Translations under genes and position numbers: made by a program
Notes under the pieces: model-generated
Seen by the model: only the letters and a program-made list of their open reading frames with translations
What the model was told of the DNA's origin: nothing
The model's database searches: none
Shown: positions 13,453 to 25,921 of the stretch, piece after piece
How positions within the stretch are numbered: position 1 is the stretch's first letter
How the letters are laid out: the number at the start of each line of letters is the position of its first letter
From: Trichosphaerium sp. ATCC 40318
Taxonomy: Eukaryota; Protista; Tubulinea
Reading direction: 5' to 3'
NCBI GenBank assembly: GCA_038496445.1
Contig: JALMLS010000385.1
Location: forward strand, 248,001-312,000
DNA length: 64,000 bases

Positions 13453-14276
13453 ATGAACATTAGACATATTCTTCTCCTCTCATGCTTATTTTCAGGATCA
13501 CTAGCCTTCAGCGTTGGTGCAGTCAGTGTATGTCCAGCTAACAGCGGCACGATATGCATGGGTATGTGCTCAACAAACGCTACATGGGCTTTCAATTACA
13601 CCACTAATCCCAACCTACCTCCCAAACACCAATTATACTTTCACTATTACAGCTAACGCAAATGCAACTTACAATGTGCGTCTTTTATTCGTTTTACCCG
13701 AAAAACTGTAGACTCTTTTTCTCCATTACTTAATTCCTTTTGTTCTCAGGGAGCAACAATATCGTTCTACACTGGTGAAGCTCCGTTTGGTTCTATTGTT
13801 GGGACAATAGATTCTTATCTACCGTGTACTCTGGCTACTGACACAAACCTCTTTTCTCAACCCGCCTGTCATGGCTCTCTTCGTCACACAGATGGAATAC
13901 CAAAGGATATAAATATACCATTCACATGGACAGCTCCAGAAGCTGGAACTGGTACAGTAACCATGGGTGTACGTTACTTTTTCCTTAAAATATTACAGTT
14001 CATCGTACTAAATCCCATATTTAGTGGTGGTTTGTTGTAGCACGTCCAAATGGAGACAATTCTATGTGCGTATGGGTTTCAGGAAGCTCTGTTATTAACG
14101 AAGTAATCCCTACACCTCCAACCCCACTACCTACAACAGAGGCACCGATTATGTCAGCTGCACCTCCAATTGCTGATGAGGCCCCAATCATGCCACCTAC
14201 TACTCCAACTTCTTCTTCCTTTGTTTTAACGGCTACCATCGCATTGACAGCAGTTGTATTGTCCTTACAGTTATAA
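13453..14276 (+). CDS. Reeler-domain surface protein, probably GPI-anchored
   Basis: Signal peptide; Reeler-like motifs TYLPNTNYTFTIT, RHTDGIPK and FTWTAPEAGTGTVT; Pro/Thr stalk; hydrophobic C-terminus. The reading frame breaks near 13560-13610. Confidence 0.7.
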
Positions 14277-14772
14277 AGTAGAGTGTTTTTCTTCTTTCAT
14301 GTGTAGTTGTATTTCATTTTTTCTTGGAATAAGTGTTGAGTTTTCTTGTTTGAAACAATTGTAACTGGACTATATATCATGTTGGGTATGGTTTTCAAAT
14401 GTGATTTGATTGGATGGGTTATGTACGAGCATGAATACATGACGTGCTATGCTTCTTTAAACCATCAATTTCATGACTTGAGTAATAAGAGGAGGCAATA
14501 TGTTACGTAAATGGTCGGATCCTGTTCTGAGATATCGGTTTTGGTACGCGAACAGTCTGAGTTTCTGTTGTCAAGTGACTATTCATTTCTTGGATTTCTG
14601 CCATCCTAACGTCAAAGAACTCTTGCCACAAACTTGCCTTTATTAAAAAAATATGTAGCTTTTCACATTAAGTAAAGGAGAACTCCTGTTTGTAAAGATA
14701 GTACATGCTCTGTTGAGTACTTGATTATAAGTAAATAGTAAACGCTTGCCTTAACGGATTAACCTTACCCTG

Positions 14773-16060
14773 ATGGACGCATCAGCAAGAACTTTGGTTC
14801 CAGTGTCTCTGTATGATGGCGACAGGCTACAAGAGTGTAGAACCGTGTTAGAGGATATAGTTCAAAAAATACCAGTATTAAAGCATCAAATACAAATAAA
14901 GAACACGTCTGGAGATACTTCCGATTCTCTTGTATTGAAACTTGGTCAAAATGTCTCTCAGAGATCCGTTTGGAGTAAGTGAAATATTACGTCGCACAAC
15001 CACTTTAATCGCATCCTTAGATGTTATAAACATACTTGGAAATAAACTGAACATAAAAACCATCAAACAAGGCGACTTAGCACGTGTTACTATCGCAGCT
15101 GATTTCTTAGGATGTCAGGTACTTTGACTTGGTTATTATAGTCACCATAAAATTTGAGTGTTGGAAACGATTGTTTTTGAGGACTTGTAACGGTAATTTG
15201 TTGGTAGGAATTATATGAACAGCTGTTGATGCAACAAGCCAAAAATGGCTCTTTCCCACAAGAATTAAACAACATATTTAAAAAAGTTGATATTTCTAAG
15301 CTTCAGCATGACCCTAAAGCAGCACTGCAATTGATGCAATACTGGACTCTAAGCAAAAAGATAATCGTAACGAGTACGTTGTAGTACAAATGTAAATAAC
15401 TGAGCTCACAACACTCCAGAAAAGATTGTTGAAAACAACAAAGGTTCAGAAGATGTGTTTCAACTTGTTGAGAACATCAAGCTTTTAAACTCTTTCTCCG
15501 GTTTTCCGAAGGAATGCACTTGTATTGTCTTAAGATGTTTTGAGTTTTTCAAGGAGCAACTAGTAGCTGGTGAAGGTAAAAGGCACATCAAGAACGGATA
15601 CTACAACGAGTATGTGAAGGTAAAGGAATACTGGGCGAACAACTATTTCATTAGAGTCTACTGTGCTCTTCTCCCTCCAGTTCACATATATAAATGTTTT
15701 GCTGATAACAAGGCAAGGTACCTCAACAATTCGTTCATCCTTTTCGACGTGCTTATTTTATGTAGCCTTTTTTGGAATCATCTCGAAAGTATAACATACA
15801 AAAAACTATTGGACATAGCCTTGCAATATGCGTTCAAAAACAAGAGTATCAAGATATGCTATAACATGCTTTGCAAGTTTGCTGTCAAGGCGGACAATAC
15901 ATGGTATCGTCGCTTTAAGTACTACATGGATAAACTCAACGTAGGCTTGAATTTTGCTTTAACATCAGAAAAGATGCAGATATGCTCGCTACAGTTTGTA
16001 ACAAAATTCTTCTATCTGGCAAATCTAGCATGCCATACACTTTTAAGCTTCTATCACTAG
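14773..16060 (+). pseudogene. Degenerate BTB/POZ-like gene, paralog of 44730-46002
   Basis: LVKMSLRDPFGV...LARVTIAADFLGC, an intron, then ELYEQLLM...KLQHDPK. Interrupted by frameshifts and stops. Matches the minus-strand copy at ~45 kb, including intron position. Confidence 0.6.
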
Positions 16061-16369
16061 TGGTGGTAGCTACTGATGTATAATTGTTGATAAAATAGAG
16101 ATTAATGCGTATGTCCGTTTTGAGTACTTTATCACGTGTTACATAGTGTTTTATTCACGTGTTCATATGCTCATGTTAATCTCATACATATTAGCACCTT
16201 TGCGTACAAAAAACAATAATACTAGTATTATGGATACCAACGCTCCAAATTAAACAAATGCTAGATGGTTCTGTTTCTGAAACGTGACGTAATAGCTGTT
16301 GACGGCATTCTTACATACGTTTAGTACAAACTAAGCCTAGCTTGTTTTAGCGCACGATGGTGAATTAAA

Positions 16370-17525
16370 GTAGTTTTTACCCGGAGTATCGGAGAATAAA
16401 CAAGCATGCTTGTGCTGTAATAGTGCAGTAATTTGCGTGAATTCTGTGGATAGAAAACAGCTTGTATTCCAACATAAAGGATTCTAACAAACTTAAATTA
16501 ATATTAAACAACTTTTACAAACAAGAACTATATAAGCATTTAGTAAATGACCCAAGAAAAGTAACTTTTCTGGCTACTTTTGTTATTTTCTTGGACAACT
16601 GTGCCTATATAAGGGAGACGTTCGGAGAAAATACGCTTTGGTGTCTCTAGTGTAGCTACACAAACCGATTTACTCTACCCTCGTCAATCCCTAACCATGG
16701 TTGAATGATTTAAGTAGAATGTTGTTGACTCCATTGGAGTTCTTTTAGTTTTTTACGTCATATTCGTCACAACGTCTCCTTCTAGCTTTCTGTTTTTCGG
16801 TTTTTCAGAAACCTAGTGGTGTATAGATAGCAGAGGCTACGGAAGGGTACAACCCATTACTACTTTAAATGTACTCTATTGATTTATTTACTAGGACCCT
16901 TGATCGTTGTAGCGGCATGAAGAAGCTCTAGCGTTTGACGCCTGACTTCTCGCTGGATCTTTTTCACTCGTATTACTTTCAAGCAAGAAAACTGATAACG
17001 GCCTTACTTCTCTTAGTGCGTCATAAAACCGACTGCGATTAAGGACAAACTCTGTTTTACAGTTTTGTATTTCGCTTCAAAAAGTGTGTTCAGTTTCATT
17101 TTTCTTTTTGTTTTCTCGGTGAAAACCCATCGTTAATACAAGCACACATGCTGTTTGATGTGGGAACGAGTAACCAAGAATTCTACAAGGATTTTTCTGA
17201 AGTGCTAACACACCTCTAAAATAACTACTTGTCTAGATATTACTACACGAACGCTGCAGAAAGCGAAAAAAATCTTAAATAATCACAAAAAAACACAAAA
17301 AAAGTCACATGGCAGTTCTCGTCGTGTGATCCTTAATGCGGGTTTCGAAAAGATGTTTTGGTCTTGAAGTAGTTGTAGTTATCACGAAAATTGGTTCCAA
17401 ACATTTCATCTGTTTTCAGCTCCTTGGTAAAACAGTTTGTCCTGTTCTTTCTAAGCTGTACGAATTTGTCTGCTTCAAGAGCTCAGCATCATTGCGAAAC
17501 TCCCACGAGGGGTAAATAAAATACA
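16370..17525 (-). pseudogene. Copy A of a three-copy decayed gene of unknown function
   Basis: Shares blocks with 22600-24010 and 24365-25660, e.g. CGTTGTAGCGGCA, CTCGCTGGATC, GTGCGTCATAAA, TTTCGAAAAGATG, GAAACTCCCACGAGGGG. The minus-strand reading is broken by stops. Boundaries approximate. Confidence 0.6.
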
Positions 17526-18793
17526 ATTCTGTAAAAGCGTACTCATTTGTATGTTGTCCTTATCAAACACTATTTCTTTTCTCGAAATGTAAGAACTAAG
17601 TTATGGGAGATCTCGGAGTTATGTTCAAAAATTCGCAAGAAAGCGAAAAAACTACAGAACCAGAGGAATCACTACTCATTCACAAGATATCACTCACAGG
17701 TAGGAAAGTTGACAATAAGGTACGTAACTCACCTTGAGTTTTTAACACCTAGTAACCATGCTGTCAGCGGTCAATGTACAAGTTGACCTTGTAAAATAAA
17801 TTCTTTGGGCAAACGAGATTTTTAATTTCAAGAACTGTTAGCAAAAAACATTCAGTCTGCCCGCTGTCACTTTTGACAGAACTTGTAAATTGTACATGTT
17901 TAAATGTGATCTGCTGGGAGCAGGCGTAAAGCGAAAAAGTCACGAATCCCGTCTCAAACCCACGTGATAAAACCAAACTTATTTATTTATATTAGACATA
18001 GTGGCGTTTACAAAGCCTATTGTTTTGCTGGTTTGAATTGTTGTTTGAGTTTTTCACGCTACAACACTGTTGACGGCGCTATTGACAGTAGGTAGGCGCT
18101 ATTTGTAGCGCTAGTACATTTTACACGTACGTCAATACAGTTCGTTTTTTATCACGTAAAAACAACGTCGAACAGTGTTTGAGTCTAATCATACCAATAC
18201 GTTGCTTGTATTGCGATCTCTTGCCAAAGGTAATGTGAGTTGACATTGAAAATTGCGTACGCATTTTCAAACAAATAGTTCACATTGCGGCTGTACAACC
18301 CGACGTTTAGACTAAGGGATGTTGGCAACTTAACGTACAAGTTAACAATCTAGAGGCAATTACACATGACTATGATGTAATCAGAAAGTTGTTTGGTTTT
18401 AGTTTGATACACGCTCTTATTTGGCCAAATTAAAAAGCAGGATTACAGTTGTCTTTACGCACTGTCATGACTACGATTCTCAAATGAAACATGAGTTAAA
18501 CAATATGATCCAAAAGTCGTACGTTCCCAGATAACACCGAAAGAGAAAGCCAACTATTTACATTTCTGAGAATCCCTCAATACTCAACAGCTTTGTGTGA
18601 ATATTGTTTTGGTTGATGAAACCAATCTACAGCGCGGTTAGCTCGTACTCACCTGCGAAGTAGGCACCAGTTATAGTAATACAAATGCGATTAAGTACTT
18701 ATAGCTAAATTTTGCATTGGCTTGCTTTGGTACGTCTGGCATAGGTTTCAGCATGGTTTCAAATACTAACTCATTGAGTATTTTCGTTAGATA

Positions 18794-19854
18794 CAGGTCT
18801 AAAAAAATATACCAGTTTTTTTGGTATATACCACTTTTATACCACTTTTTTATACCAGTTTTTTATGGTATATACCAAAAAAAGTGGTATATTTTGACCG
18901 AAATATACCAAAAAAAGTGGTATATTGACCAAATATACCAACAATATACCAAAAAAAACAGGTATAAAAGCAGAAAATATACCACTTTTTTTCACCAGAA
19001 AAAAAAAAATATACCACTTTTTTATACCACTTTTTTTAGGTATATACCAGGTATATACCACTTTTTTATACCAGTTTTTCATGGTATATACCACTTTTAT
19101 ATACCACTTTATGCCTACTTATGGTACACCTGCAATTCCAGAAAATACACTTTATTTAATACACAGTTTGTGAGCTACAAGTTTTGGACAATGTCCACTA
19201 CAGTTACATTACTATGGGCATCTGGAAAATTCGTCCATCTCTATGAGCTTGCTGTACCTACTGTAAAAACATGCTGCGCACCTAATGAAAGTGGTCCCAC
19301 CTGAATCCATCAATTACTAAGGCCTACGGAGGTCGGTTAATGTATATCAAACGAAAATAAAATAAAACTTTGTCTGGTACCCACGAACGTCTGTATAATA
19401 CCTGCAATGTATGTTCCTTAATGTTGGTACTGGAATCAGGTCCTGTGGTTCGAATGAGCTTGGTTTGGTTAGATTCTATGATATACTAAGGTCCCTACGC
19501 ACCGTTCAATGTATGACGTCTATGATCGTTCAACAAGAAAACCCATTACCAAAAAGCTCCTTAATGACCTTCTTGAAGCATACCATAAAAGTGGTATATA
19601 CCAATAAAAAGGTGGTATATACCACATACCATAAAAAAGTGGTATATACCACTTTATATACCATTTTTAGAAGGTCTCATTATGTGAATGAAAAGTGGTA
19701 TATACCACTTCCATATACCACTTTTTTATTCACTTAATTTCTAAAAAAAAGTGGTATTTCAAAATGGTATATACCAGTTCATATACCATTTTGTTGAAAA
19801 AAGTGGTATATACCATAAAAAAACTGGTATATACCACTTTAATTTTTAGACCTG
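18794..19854. mobile_element. Non-autonomous TIR DNA transposon with TA target-site duplication (Tc1/mariner-like ends), copy 1
   Basis: TA|CAGGTCTAAAAA ... TTTTTAGACCTG|TA. Both ends are packed with GTGGTATATACCAC-type palindromic subterminal repeats. Near-identical inverted copy at 20700-21759. Confidence 0.9.
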
Positions 19855-20251
19855 TACAAAAGCAGGCAACGGTGGCACCAGTATGGCTAAGAGAAATGAT
19901 CTTTGGTGACATTATTTGTTTGAGCCATGATAGTGTTTATAGCAACATCTTCCGTCCTTGATGCTGGAGCTACACTAGTTATTTGCTGATTCTAAGGAGA
20001 TTTTATTACCACGTTAATGGCTTACAAGAAAACACGCCTTGTATTTGTACACCACACTTTTCTCATAAACCTTGCATAAGCTGTGTATCTAATCGTCTCA
20101 TCGAACCAACAAGGTGAACGTGGGTTATGTTACTGCGATGTGGGAAAAAAATTCTTGTGAAGTTGTTTCTGATTGTGAACGAGCTTAGTGCATTACAAAC
20201 AACCCCAAGGCTTGCAAGCTACAAAACAATTTGGGTACACATAACAACTGA

Positions 20252-22485
20252 GGAGATGTACAGAATGAAATGAATTGATTCCGAAAAAACACGAAATGTT
20301 CCGAAAAAAACACGAAATATTCCAAAACATTCCGTGTTTTTACTGGTAAGTAGATTGCCCTGGACAACCACATCTTAACACAGTTGAAGCAAGAACTTTT
20401 GGTTAGTTTCCAAGAGCATTGCAATGAGCAGCTGTTCTTGTTCCAAAAAGTGACATAGAAAGAATGAGAAGTGTCACTGAGACACAGTACAATCAGTGGT
20501 TCCTGATATGGTGATTTGATTTTCTTTCATTTAGTGTTGTATACACGACTTTCGTAGTTTCTGTGTTGGAAGTGCTCCTTGCTTGTGCTACAGCAAATCA
20601 AGATGGTTTTCCGTGCATAGCGAGCACTTTCCAAGTGATTCAAAAGTGATTTGAAAGTGCTTTATTTTCGCTTCATAACACCTTGGTAGAAACGCTCTAC
20701 AGGTCTAAAAATTAAAGTGGTATATACCAGTTTTTTTATGGTATATACCACTTTTTTCAACAAAATGGTATATGGATTGGTATATACCATTTTGAAATAC
20801 CACTTTTTTTAGAAATTAAGTGAATAAAAAAGAGGTATATGGAAGTGGTATATACCACTTTTCATTCACATAATGAGACCTTCTAAAAATGGTATATAAA
20901 GTGGTATATACCACTTTTTTATGGTATGTGGTATATACCACCTTTTTATTGGTATATACCACTTTTATGGTATGCTTCAAGAAGGTCATTAAGGAGCTTT
21001 TTGGTAATGGGTTTTCTTGTTGAACGATCATAGACGTCATACATTGAACGGTGCGTAGGGACCTTAGTATATCATAGAATCTAACCAAACCAAGCTCATT
21101 CGAACCGCAGGACCTGATTCCAGTACCAACATTAAGGAAACTATATTGCAGGTATTATACAGACGTTCGTGGGTACCAGACAAAGTGTTATTTTATTTTC
21201 GTTTGATATACATTAACCGACCTCCGTAGGCCTTATTAATTGATGGATTCAGGTGGGACCACTTTCATTAGGTGCGCAGCATGTTTTTACAGTAGGTACA
21301 GCAAGCTCATGGAGATGGACGAATTTTCCAGACGCCCATAGTAATGTAACTGTAGTGGACATTGTCCAAAACTTGTAGCTCACAAACTGTGTATTAAATA
21401 AAGTGTATTTTCTGGAATTGCAGGTGTACCATAAGTAAGCATAAAGTGGTATATAAGAGTGGTATATACCATGAAAAACTGGTATAAAAAAGTGGTATAT
21501 AAGTGGTATATACCTAAAAAAAGTGGTATAAAAAAGTGGTATATTTTTTTTTTTCTGGTGAAAAAAAGTGGTATATTTTCTGTTTTTATACCTGTTTTTT
21601 TTGGTATATTGTTGGTATATTTGGTCAATATACCACTTTTTTTGGTATATTTCAGTCAAAATATACCACTTTTTTTGGTATATACCATAAAAAACTGGTA
21701 TAAAAAAGTGGTATAAAAGTGGTATATACCAAAAAAACTGGTATATTTTTTTAGACCTGTAGAATCACTTGGAAAGCGGTTTGAAAGTGATTTGAAAGTG
21801 ATTCCAAAGCGATTTCTAAGCGCTTTTTTTCCTCAAAGCATCAGTATCGGTTGTAATACATCTAAGGTGCACTTGCGAAATAACAAAATTGCAAAAAGTG
21901 CACCTACAACATCAAGAGATAAAAAAACTCATGTAGAAATCGCTTTGGAATCACTTTCAAATCACTTTCAAACCGCTTTCCAAGTGATTCTAAGGCGTTT
22001 CTACCAAGGCGATTAGGAAGCGAAATAAAGCGCTTCCAAATCAGTTTTGTATCACTTCCAAAGTGATTGTTTTGCGCAAAAACCATCTTGAGTTGCTGTA
22101 GCACAAGCAAGGAGCACTTCCAACACACAAAAACTACGAAAGTTGCGTGTACAACGTTAAGTGAAAAAAACTTCTCCACAAAACTAACCTATCGAGTACC
22201 AGTGATTTTACTATCTCAATGACATTTCTTGTTCTTTAGACAACTTCGCAAAATATATCGCGATTGCAAAAAGCTGTTTTCAACTTTGTTGTCTTTCAGC
22301 ACACTTTTTTTGTTACGAACTGCGCTGCAATGCTCTTGGAAACTACCTACTAAAAGACCTTGCTTCAACTATATGAGATATGGTTTGGAGATGGTAAAAA
22401 CACGGAATGTTTCGGAATATTTCGTGTTTTTTTCAGAACATTTCGTGTTTTTTCGGAATCAATTCATTTCATTCTGTACATCTCC
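20252..22485. mobile_element. Foldback-type non-autonomous element with long TIRs and 3-bp TGA TSD (PIF/Harbinger-like)
   Basis: TGA|GGAGATGTACAGAATGAAATGAATTGATTCCG ... CGGAATCAATTCATTTCATTCTGTACATCTCC|TGA. Imperfect arms of roughly 500-570 bp around a short centre (~21835-21915). The left arm is interrupted by the TA element. Confidence 0.75.
20700..21759. mobile_element. TA-TSD non-autonomous transposon, copy 2, inverted and nested in the foldback element
   Basis: CTCTA|CAGGTCTAAAAA ... TTTTTAGACCTG|TAGAATC. The opposite arm of the host element keeps the empty site (GATTCTAAGGCGTTT at ~21987-22001) with a single TA. Confidence 0.92.
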
Positions 22486-22599
22486 TGAGATCCAAGCAGG
22501 ATAGTTTCTTTCAAATTTGCCCAAACGACTGCTGCCAAACCATACAATAAAAGTGGTAGTAGTAGCTATAAAGAATGCGCATGTGGTAGTGATATAATA

Positions 22600-24010
22600 G
22601 ACTGTTGTTGACTTATGCAGTTATTGTAGTTTTATTGGCTCAAACCACACATCACAACATCTCCTTTTAGCTTTCTTTGTTCAGCTAGTCTAAGGCTACA
22701 GCTGGAGGTACGTAACTAATATATTACTGATTCTTTCTGATGTACTTGCGAAGGCACGTTGTAGCGGCAATGAACAGAGCCTGATGACATCTCGCTGGAT
22801 CGCTTTCCCGTGCCAATAATTTCTCAGGCAGGAATACTGATACAGTACATCTCCTGGTGCGTCATAAAACCGACTGTGAATATCGCCCTGTCTTCCTTGC
22901 TTCTCCCAAAAAAACATGTGTACCACATGTCCCTTTTTGTTTAAAACTTCACTAAAAGCTTCGCAACGAATTTTAACACTAGCGCACGCTAGAACAAGTC
23001 ACCCAAGAATATTATAAGGATTTGTCGAATGTGTTAGAAAACCCTGTAATAACAGTACTAATTGTCTTCTCTAGAAACAATGAACGCTTTGAATAATGTT
23101 CAAATAAAAATCCAACAAAAAAAAAAAAAAGCCACGTGGCTTACTGGTTAATGATAACGCCCTTCCGTTATGAATGAATAATTTGAATATTCAAATACAG
23201 CCTATATTCACTAATATTCATGACTAAAAAAATTCATTCATTATTCATGCCCTTTTTGCTGCAACTTACGCAGTAGAAATTGATCGCACAGTATTGGTTT
23301 ACAGTTGGCAGTTACAATTCTACTTACCATAAGAACTACAATAACGCATCACAGACAAGAGTACTGCACACATGAATACGTTGTGAGTGACGGTTTTACA
23401 ATTTGGCGCCACGAAAATAAAGCATCATAAAACTGAAGTTGTTGGCTTTTTTTTCAGTCGCTATGTGCTTTTTTTTCATCCAAACTACTCTCATATGTTC
23501 TAAAAAGCATAGTTCTATACATAGAGTGGTTGAAAGCCATATATTGAGTGAGTTTAAGATATCTACATTTTAGCGGTAAAACTAAGTCATTGTTGCCCTA
23601 ACCGACACTTTTGTTGTGAAATTGTGCTAGTGGTGACGTTTTTTTGAGAAATTTTTTTTTCATATGCAACTTGTTAAATCTATCCATCTGGAACATCGCT
23701 AGGTGCTACAAACCAAAAGCTCCTCAAAATCCTGACTCACCAAACACTCCATGAATATTCATGAATGAATATTAATGAATATGCCGTTTGGTGCTATGAA
23801 TATGAATATTGCTTATATTCATAACGGAAGGGCGTTAGTTAATGACCCCTAATGTGAGTTTCGAAAAGATGTTATGGTCTTGAAGCAGTTGAAGATATCA
23901 TGCTATAATAGGAACACATGTATTCATCTGTGTCGCTATGTGCTTTCGTTCGGAATTAATCTTCTTCAAGAGTTCAGCACCATTGCGAAACTCCCACGAG
24001 GGGCAGTAAC
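22600..24010 (-). pseudogene. Copy B of the three-copy decayed gene, interrupted by a MITE
   Basis: Colinear with copies A and C apart from the insertion at 23155-23837. Boundaries approximate. Confidence 0.6.
23155..23837. mobile_element. MITE with 21-bp TIRs and 8-bp TSD (hAT-like)
   Basis: GTTAATGA|TAACGCCCTTCCGTTATGAAT ... ATTCATAACGGAAGGGCGTTA|GTTAATGA, with ATGAAT/ATTCAT subterminal repeats. The paralogous empty site GGCTTACTGGTCAATGACCCC lies at ~25420-25440. Confidence 0.92.
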
Positions 24011-24364
24011 AGAGCAAGTCTCGAATTATGAATAAAGTTTTTATGTTTTGTTGTTTTATTCGAGTTAGTGAACTGTGGACTGATTGTGTATTCAAACACT
24101 TTGTAATTGGTTTTACAGATGAAAAAAACCAACAAATTTTGACATAACAACACGTGTAGTGGTCATTAGTATTTGTGGTTTGCGCTATGAAAAGAATATT
24201 CTATAAAGAGTCACTTTGTGAAGGCTGTCATAATCCGGTAATTCAGTTAAGTTTGTTTACAACAATGCCTTCCAAAAGACCATCTACCTAACACCTGAAA
24301 CAGTATTCTTACCTGCCGCTTATTGCTACACCAGCGTTGTTACTATATTATCACGGGATGGTAA

Positions 24365-25660
24365 ATTGGATTTATTTTTTCGGAGTCTCGGAGAACAAAT
24401 AAGCGTACACATGATGCCGTAATAGTGTCGCTATTTACTCTCCTGATTTGCTTGAATAGACATAAGGGTTAACTACACAAAGCCTCTATACAGTATAAGT
24501 CCGTGTATACAAGCTCACTGGATTGACTTGCTCAACAAAAAGTCTAAACAAGCGCAACATTCTGTGGCTAGAAAACAGCTTGCAGTCTAACAAAAAGGCG
24601 CTACCTAACGCGCCTACATTACTGATAATAATTTATGGTAACAAGAACTAGGCGAGTACCTTTAGTAGCGCTAAAGACTCAAAAAAAGTAAACCTAGTAC
24701 TGTTTTAAGAGGGATTTTGTCACATATTGTTACCGACATCTTATATCCCCTGATGACTATTGTCACGCGCCAAAACCCCATAGAACACTGGTAATGGTAA
24801 ATATGAAAGAGATCAGGCGCCAAGAAGTTAAATAGAAGGTTGTTGACTTGCAGTTCTTGTAGTTTTTACGACATCCAAATACACATCACAATACATCTCC
24901 TTTTAGGTTTCTTTTTTTCCTAAACCTACTACAAATACTACTACGGATGGTAGGTACAATACCATTAGAACCAACTATTTCTTTTACTTTACTGATTTAC
25001 TTGCGAAGGCACGCTATCGTTGTAGCGGCAATGAACTCGCGTTTGACTGATGACATCTCGCTGGATCGCTTTCTAACCTTGTATAAATTATTGCGCAGAC
25101 AAATGGATACATCTCCTGGTGCGTCATAAACCCCACTGCGATCTTCACACTTTCTCCTGTTCGCAGTTTTTTATTTCTTCGTGAACCTGTGTTCCATTTT
25201 TCTTTTTGTTTCCACAGCGCTAAAAACTACAACGTTTCCTCAAACTCACGCGTTTTTGGATTATGGAACAAGGCACCCAGAAAATTATCTGTATTTGTAT
25301 AAAATGCTAGAAAACCCTGTAATAACATAGCTGACACTCTTCTCTAGAAACAGCGAACCCTCTGAATAAAGATCGAAAAACAATCACAAAACCAAAAAAA
25401 GCAAAAAAAAAAGCCACGTGGCTTACTGGTCAATGACCCCTAATGCGAGTTTCGAAAAGATGCTATGGTCTTGAAGTAGTTGAAGTTAGCGTACTATATT
25501 AAGAACAAATGAATGTATCTGTTTTCAGTGTACTTTACGCCAATTGTGGTAAAACACTGTTTACCGCTAGGTTCTGTTCTTTCCCCCAAAGAATACGAAT
25601 GTATTAAGCTTCAAGAGCTCAGCATCATTTACGAAACTCCCACGAGGGGTAAATAAACTA
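24365..25660 (-). pseudogene. Copy C of the three-copy decayed gene
   Basis: The minus strand gives broken peptides (YPSWEF..DAELLKL; LLQDHSIFSKLALGVIDQ followed by a GTAAG intron; VKIAVGFMTHQEMY). Homologous to copies A and B. Confidence 0.6.
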
Positions 25661-25921
25661 TGTAAAAAAAGTACATACAGCGTCTGAAATAAAGAGTCTG
25701 ACACCAAGTTTTCATGTTTGTTGTGAGGTAGCTGAAGCGGTAGTGGGTTGCTTGATTGCTCATTAAGTTATTCAAAGCTTCGTCAAGTGTAATAGTTTAT
25801 TTGTAAAGAACCTGACTTCGACTCAAACGCACTTTAACGTAGAAAAACACGTGTGCAGCTATAACTAATGATTCTATTTTATTAGGTCTTGGCGTGTCTG
25901 ATACGACAAGCTTTTTTCTCT

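Noticed and set aside
18717-21716. Y/K/F-rich ORFs on both strands
   Set aside because: By-products of the subterminal repeats; they cross element borders and have no transposase motifs.
18794-21759. CRISPR-like array of palindromic GGTATATACC repeats
   Set aside because: Spacing is irregular with A/T runs instead of unique spacers, no cas genes are present, and the repeats lie inside TIR/TSD-bounded transposons in a eukaryotic genome.
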